The position numbers and the translations under genes are program-made. A model generated the notes under the pieces. It ran no database searches, was not told the origin of the DNA, and saw nothing but the letters and a program-made list of their open reading frames with translations. Of a stretch of DNA of 64,000 bases, positions 58,891 to 64,000 are shown one piece after another (position 1 is the first letter of the stretch; each line of letters opens with the position of its first letter). Source of the DNA: Thermodesulfobacteriota bacterium. Lineage in GTDB: Bacteria > Desulfobacterota_D > UBA1144 > Nemesobacterales > Mycalebacteriaceae. The stretch lies in assembly GCA_965198945.1 (NCBI GenBank), contig CBDAQI010000013.1, forward strand, positions 96,001 through 160,000, read 5' to 3'.

Positions 58891-59741
58891 TCACCTTCTC
58901 ATCCGATACCTCAACACATTCAGCATCTCATAGTCCTGTTCGTTCTTAATGAGCGCTCCCGCATATGGCGGGTCTTCTTCGGATATGTCAAACTTTTCAA
59001 GCTCGCCTGAAGCGATTTTCCCGACGGTCAGAAGTTTTATCCAGTCTATCAATTCACTTGTTGACGGCTTTTTCTTGAACCCCTCTATCTCACGCAACGA
59101 ATAGAAAATCGCAAGCGCGTTGTCCAGCAGTTTTTTTTCAAGACCCGGATGATGGACTTCAACAATCGCTTTGAGCGTTTCCGTTTCAGGAAAAGTTATG
59201 TAGTGGAAAAAACAGCGGCGCAGAAATGCGTCGGGAAGTTCTTTTTCATTGTTTGAAGTTATGATGACAACCGGACGCTTTTTTGCCTTGACGGTTTTTT
59301 TCAACTCGTAGCAGTAAAACTCCATCTTGTCCAATTCAAGCAAAAGGTCATTCGGAAATTCAATGTCCGCTTTGTCTATTTCATCTATCAAAAGAACAGA
59401 CTGCTCTTCGGACTCAAAAGCGTTCCAGAGTTTGCCCCTGTTTATGTAGTTTGAAATGTCTTTTATTTTTTCATCCCCAAGCTGGGAATCCCGCAAACGG
59501 GCGACCGCATCGTATTCATAAAGCCCCTGCTGCGCGGTTGTGGTGGACTTTACGTGCCATGTGATTAAAGATTTTCCGAGAGCCTCCGCAACTTCAAAGC
59601 AAGCATCGTTTTGCCGGTTCCCGGCTCGCCCTTGATAAGAAGCGGACGCTCAAGTGTTATGGAAGCATTGACGGCAAGGATAAGATCTCTTGTCGCCACA
59701 TATTTTTCCGTTCCCTGAAACTGTTTTGTTTTCTGTGCCAT
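58891..59741 (-). CDS. MoxR-family AAA+ ATPase (one frameshift at ~59596-59598)
   Basis: PLLIKGEPGTGKT (Walker A), then AFEVAEALG..WHVKSTTTAQQGLYEYDAVARLRDSQ after restoring one T; LLIDEIDKADIEFPNDLL, TSNNEKELPDAFLRRC, KKPSTSELIDW. Confidence 0.92.
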
Positions 59742-59782
59742 AACTGATAAAACTACTTGCACACAGAAATGTTATCAACTTT

Positions 59783-60280
59783 CTAAGACCACGGTTCTTT
59801 GTAGTAATAAACAAAGTTTGCAACTTTCGGGCGTTCAGCCCAGCCCATTTTTTTGTAAAAACCCCTTTTGTAAGAAGGCTTTTCCTTTCCGTTTGTAACC
59901 ATCAGGCGGAAACAGTCTCTGCGTTTTCCTTCCTCCATCACCGCGCTTAAAAGCAAACTTCCCGCGCCCATTCCCGATGCGGAAGGACTTACAAACATAT
60001 CGGAAACATAGCCTTCCGTTCCGCCGAGCATTATAAAAGGAACCCAGTGAACATTGACAAAGCCTTTGACTCCTCCGCCGTTTCCGTCTTCAGCAACCAA
60101 AACCGTATGTCCGTCGGGATCGTTAATTGAGGACTTGATTAATCCCTCTATCGGTGAGGAAATTTCTTCAATCGGAAGAGCGTTTCTTTTTTCAGACCAC
60201 CCTATTTCCCTGAGAATCTCCGCCATCGCGCCAGCGTCACTTTTTTCCGCGGCACGGACGGCAAGCGGTTTTTCCGTCAT
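59783..60280 (-). CDS. GNAT-family N-acetyltransferase
   Basis: YVSDMFVSPSASGMGAGSLLL (motif A-like), GFYKKMGW. Confidence 0.88.
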   Translation of the reverse strand: MTEKPLAVRAAEKSDAGAMAEILREIGWSEKRNALPIEEISSPIEGLIKSSINDPDGHTVLVAEDGNGGGVKGFVNVHWVPFIMLGGTEGYVSDMFVSPSASGMGAGSLLLSAVMEEGKRRDCFRLMVTNGKEKPSYKRGFYKKMGWAERPKVANFVYYYKEPWS

Positions 60281-61050
60281 GATTTTCTCCCTTTCTTCAA
60301 GATTTCAAGAAGCCCCTCCAGTTTTCCAACCGTTTCGGGAGATGAAAGTTTTGATGCGAGTGTTTTTGAATCTTCATTGATGAAAGCATCTTTTATTGAG
60401 TCTGATATTTTATCCTTTCGCATTTTTTTCTCGTCCGTAAAATCTTTCAGACTGATTTTTCCCGCTTCTTCCAAAGCCACGCAGACCGCGCCTGAAGATT
60501 CTGCAATCCTGTTTACAATTCCGTTTTCCAGGGCACTTTCAACACTATGAAGTTTTCCCTCATCAATTATTTTATTTCCCTTTTCCCGTCCCAGAACTCC
60601 TGTTACAAGAACGGAGAAAGAAGACGGCATCGGAAATCCGATTGAGTTTTCATTCAATCCCAGAAGAGTTTTCCCCTTTTCGGCAATTCTAAAATCACAA
60701 CAAAGAGCAAGTATGCATCCTCCGGCAATTGCGTGCCCGCCTATTGCCGCCATAACCGGAGCGGGATAATCAAAAACAGTCAGCATGGAGTTCAAAAAAT
60801 CATTAAACCAGCGGTCAATCTCAGATTTGTCCCCTCTTCTGAAAAGTGAAACACACTGTTCAAGATCAAGTCCGGGAGAAAACATCTTTGCGCCTGATGA
60901 AAGAACAACGGGTTTTCCCGGATGATTTTGCCCTAAAGATGAAAATGCGGAATTGAGGTCAGTGAAAAAACTTTTGTTCATTGTTCCGACCGAATTGGAA
61001 TTCATCGTCACTACGGCGGCGTTTTTTCTTTCTTCAATATTCCAGGGCAT
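60277..61050 (-). CDS. Enoyl-CoA hydratase/isomerase family protein
   Basis: [38 protein letters not shown] (resembles enoyl-CoA delta-isomerases). Confidence 0.88.
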   Translation of the reverse strand: MPWNIEERKNAAVVTMNSNSVGTMNKSFFTDLNSAFSSLGQNHPGKPVVLSSGAKMFSPGLDLEQCVSLFRRGDKSEIDRWFNDFLNSMLTVFDYPAPVMAAIGGHAIAGGCILALCCDFRIAEKGKTLLGLNENSIGFPMPSSFSVLVTGVLGREKGNKIIDEGKLHSVESALENGIVNRIAESSGAVCVALEEAGKISLKDFTDEKKMRKDKISDSIKDAFINEDSKTLASKLSSPETVGKLEGLLEILKKGRKS

Positions 61051-61095
61051 CAGTGCGTGAAATTAACAGGAAGACTGAGACCCCGCAAGACGGCG

Positions 61096-61124
61096 ATGAC
61101 AAGAAGTTGCGGGATGGGTATAAT
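61096..61124 (+). promoter_or_regulatory. Sigma70-type promoter for purL-purF
   Basis: ATGACA (61096-61101), 17-bp spacer, TATAAT (61119-61124); supports the ATG 61150 start. Confidence 0.6.
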
Positions 61125-61149
61125 TGGCAAGATTTTCCTCTTCTCTCAA

Positions 61150-63378
61150 ATGTCAGAAAATTTCAACAACCCCGAATGCCAAAACGGACTTGCCGCCGCC
61201 CTTGAACACGGGTTGTCTGAAGATGAGTATTTGCTCATCAAAAAACGGCTTGGAAGGGAGCCCAATAAGGTTGAAGCGGGAATTCTCGGAGCAATGTGGT
61301 CTGAACATTGCTCTTATAAAAGCTCAAAAATTCATCTGCGCAAATTTCCAACCAGAGGTAAATCCGTAATTCACGGGCCGGGAGAAAATGCGGGAGTGAT
61401 GGACATCGGAGACGGCCTCTGTGTTGTCTTCAAAATGGAAAGCCACAACCACCCCTCTTTTATTGAGCCGTATCAGGGCGCCGCAACTGGGGTCGGGGGA
61501 ATCTTGAGAGATATTTTCACCATGGGGGCAAGGCCCGTTGCAATTCTTAATTCACTGAGGTTCGGCAGTCCCGAACTTGAAAAAACAAAATTTCTCGTTG
61601 ACGGAGTTATTTCCGGAATAGCGGGATATGGAAACTGTGTAGGTGTTCCAACGGTCGGGGGTGAAGTTGATTTTGACGAATGCTATAATGGAAATCCCCT
61701 TGTCAATGTTTTCGCGGTGGGCATAGCCGCAAAAGACCGAATTTTCACCGGCCATGCGGCGGGGCTGGGAAACCCGGTTATCTATGTGGGTTCCAAAACC
61801 GGTAGAGACGGAATAAAGGGCGCGGTTATGGCGTCAGATGTTTTTGATGACGAATCTGCGGCTGACCGCCCGACTGTTCAGATAGGAGACCCTTTTACGG
61901 AAAAACTTCTTATTGAGGCCTGCATGGAACTTTTTGAGATGGACGCCGTGGTCGGAATACAGGATATGGGAGCGGCGGGGCTGACTTCATCTTCCGCGGA
62001 AATGGCTGACCGCAGCGGAAACGGCATAAAAATTGACTGTGACAAAATACCGCGGCGCGAAAAGGGAATAACGCCATATGAAATTATGCTTTCCGAATCT
62101 CAGGAAAGAATGCTTATGGTGATCAAAAAAGGCATGGAGAAAAAAGTCCAAAAAATTTTTGAAAAATGGGGTCTGGATTTTTCCGTCATAGGAAAAGTCA
62201 ATGAAGACAAGCATCTCACGGTTGCCGAAGGCGGAGAGGCCATTGCCAGAATTCCGGTTGATTTAATAGCGGAGGCTCCCGAGTATGACAGACCTGTGAG
62301 CAAACCCGCTCCCCGTCCCGCTTCCCGCCGTCCGGTTCAGCCCGGAGGAGAAAAGGAAGTTTTTTTGAAAATTATTTCTTCTCCGTTCTGCGCTAGCAGA
62401 TATTGGATATATGAACAGTATGACCATATGGTCGGCGCAAGAACCGCGCGTTCTCCCGGTTCGGACTGCTCCATCATTCTGATAGACGGAAGCTCCAAAG
62501 CCCTCGCGCTCTCGTCGGACTGTAATTCCCGCTATTGTCTTCTGAGTCCGAGGGAGGGAGCGAAAGCGGCTGTCGCTGAAAGCGCAAGAAATGTGGCCTG
62601 CTGTGGTGCAACCCCTCTTGGAATTACCGACTGTCTTAATTTTGGAAATCCGGAAAATCCGGAAGTTATGTGGCAGTTCAAAGAAGCGGTTGAGGGAATT
62701 TCCGAGGCGGCCGAATATTTTTCAACTCCCGTTGTAAGCGGAAATGTCAGTTTGTATAACGAAACCGCCGGAGTGTCAATAAATCCGACCCCTGTCATAG
62801 GAATGGTCGGCCTTCTTAAGGATATTTCAAAAGCCGTTCCTCAATACTTCAATGACGAAGGCGATATTATTTTCGTTGCGGGTGAAACGTTTGAAGAAAT
62901 GGGGGGAAGTCTGTATTCCTTTCTCATTAACGGGGAATTGGGAGAAAAGCCTCCTTTAGTAAATCTTGAAAAAGAGAGAAAACTTGTTTCATCTTTGATT
63001 GAAGCGGCGCGCAGTGGTATAATACAATCAGCTCATGATATTTCCGAAGGAGGACTGGGTGTGGCCCTTGCCGAGTGTTGTTTGTCTGTGGAAGGATGCC
63101 GCACGGGGTTTTGTGTTTCTCCGGAGAATCTTGACTCTAAAATTCAAAACGGCAATGTGATTCTTTTCTCCGAAACTCAGGCTCGGGCTGTTATTTCCTC
63201 AAGCCCGGAAAATGAGGAAAAAGTCAGAAACTTTTTTCTCTCAAATAAGGTTCCAATTAAAAAAGCGGGAAACGTAACCGCCGATGGTGTTATGGAATTC
63301 AAAAATATATTTAGCATCCCGGTTGAAGATGCAAAAAGGTTATGGTTTGGGGGTTTTGAAAAAAGTCTGATTTCATAA
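61150..63378 (+). CDS. purL: Phosphoribosylformylglycinamidine synthase subunit PurL (small form)
   Basis: [69 protein letters not shown]. Confidence 0.97.
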   Translation: MSENFNNPECQNGLAAALEHGLSEDEYLLIKKRLGREPNKVEAGILGAMWSEHCSYKSSKIHLRKFPTRGKSVIHGPGENAGVMDIGDGLCVVFKMESHNHPSFIEPYQGAATGVGGILRDIFTMGARPVAILNSLRFGSPELEKTKFLVDGVISGIAGYGNCVGVPTVGGEVDFDECYNGNPLVNVFAVGIAAKDRIFTGHAAGLGNPVIYVGSKTGRDGIKGAVMASDVFDDESAADRPTVQIGDPFTEKLLIEACMELFEMDAVVGIQDMGAAGLTSSSAEMADRSGNGIKIDCDKIPRREKGITPYEIMLSESQERMLMVIKKGMEKKVQKIFEKWGLDFSVIGKVNEDKHLTVAEGGEAIARIPVDLIAEAPEYDRPVSKPAPRPASRRPVQPGGEKEVFLKIISSPFCASRYWIYEQYDHMVGARTARSPGSDCSIILIDGSSKALALSSDCNSRYCLLSPREGAKAAVAESARNVACCGATPLGITDCLNFGNPENPEVMWQFKEAVEGISEAAEYFSTPVVSGNVSLYNETAGVSINPTPVIGMVGLLKDISKAVPQYFNDEGDIIFVAGETFEEMGGSLYSFLINGELGEKPPLVNLEKERKLVSSLIEAARSGIIQSAHDISEGGLGVALAECCLSVEGCRTGFCVSPENLDSKIQNGNVILFSETQARAVISSSPENEEKVRNFFLSNKVPIKKAGNVTADGVMEFKNIFSIPVEDAKRLWFGGFEKSLIS

Positions 63379-63386
63379 AAACTCCC

Positions 63387-64000
63387 ATGATGTCTCAGCT
63401 CAAAGAAGAATGCGGTGTTTTCGGGATTTTCAACCATCCCGAAGCCGCAAATCTGGCTTATCTCGGTCTACATTCTCTTCAGCATCGCGGACAGGAAAGC
63501 GCGGGAATTGTAACTTCCGACGGAAAACGGCTTTACAGAAAACGCGCAATGGGTCTGGTGGCTGACGTATTTGACGAAGATTCGCTTAAAAAACTCCAGG
63601 GCACAAACGCAATCGGACATGTGCGCTATTCAACATCGGGCTCAAGCACTCTGAACAACATACAGCCGATTGTCATAACTCGATCAGGTTCTGAAATGGC
63701 GATCGCTCATAACGGCAATCTGACAAACGCACTGACAATTAGAAAAAAACTTGAGGAAGACGGGGCGATTTTTCAGTCCACAAGTGATACGGAAGTGGTT
63801 GTCCATCTGATGGCGAGATCAAAAAAGACCGATCTGCCGGACCGTGTTATTCATGCGCTTTCTTTGTGCAAAGGTGCTTATTCAATAGTGCTTCTGGATT
63901 CGGAAAAACTTGTTGCGGCGAGAGATCCGTATGGGTTCAGGCCTCTTGTGCTGGGCAAGCTCAAAGATTCATATGTTGTCGCATCTGAAACATGCTCTTT
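63387..64000 (+). CDS. purF: Amidophosphoribosyltransferase (3' partial)
   Basis: MMSQLKEECGVFG..LQHRGQESAG..GHVRYST..AHNGNLTN..SDTE..RDPYGFRPL; runs off the window end, so it is absent from the ORF track. Confidence 0.96.
   Translation, partial: MMSQLKEECGVFGIFNHPEAANLAYLGLHSLQHRGQESAGIVTSDGKRLYRKRAMGLVADVFDEDSLKKLQGTNAIGHVRYSTSGSSTLNNIQPIVITRSGSEMAIAHNGNLTNALTIRKKLEEDGAIFQSTSDTEVVVHLMARSKKTDLPDRVIHALSLCKGAYSIVLLDSEKLVAARDPYGFRPLVLGKLKDSYVVASETCS

Overview
A 64-kb, gene-dense chromosomal segment from a Gram-negative bacterium. The proteins look deltaproteobacterial; a Dadabacteria-type lineage is my guess, not a result. Most genes are housekeeping: tamB, cdsA, nfo, proA, cysC, ndk, holA, rpsT, ispA/xseB, hemAC, folE, hflX, mtaB/mnmA, murI, etfBA, asd, dapA, rnhB, surE, purM/purL/purF, bioD, trpCD, nusB and ribH/ribBA. 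There are five tRNA genes (fMet-CAT, Pro-CGG, Pro-GGG, Leu-TAA, Cys-GCA), a complete alternative complex III operon (actABCDEF) and an orphan nuoM. No rRNA, CRISPR array, transposase or prophage was seen. Points of interest: (1) an AT-rich gene, masked by a frameshift, for a putative PD-(D/E)xK nuclease inserted between moxR and its vWA partner; (2) a LolA-like + outer-membrane barrel + MMPL/RND lipid-transport triad carrying two in-frame TAA stops; (3) three small ORFs below the track cut-off (a 34-aa TM peptide leading hflX, a 46-aa TM peptide closing the act operon, a 52-aa very acidic protein); (4) a ~47-bp promoter/leader element present twice; (5) many gene disruptions, some resembling long-read homopolymer errors and at least one (phzF-like, microhomology deletion) resembling real decay; (6) strong apparent TCGA/CTAG/GTAC depletion.
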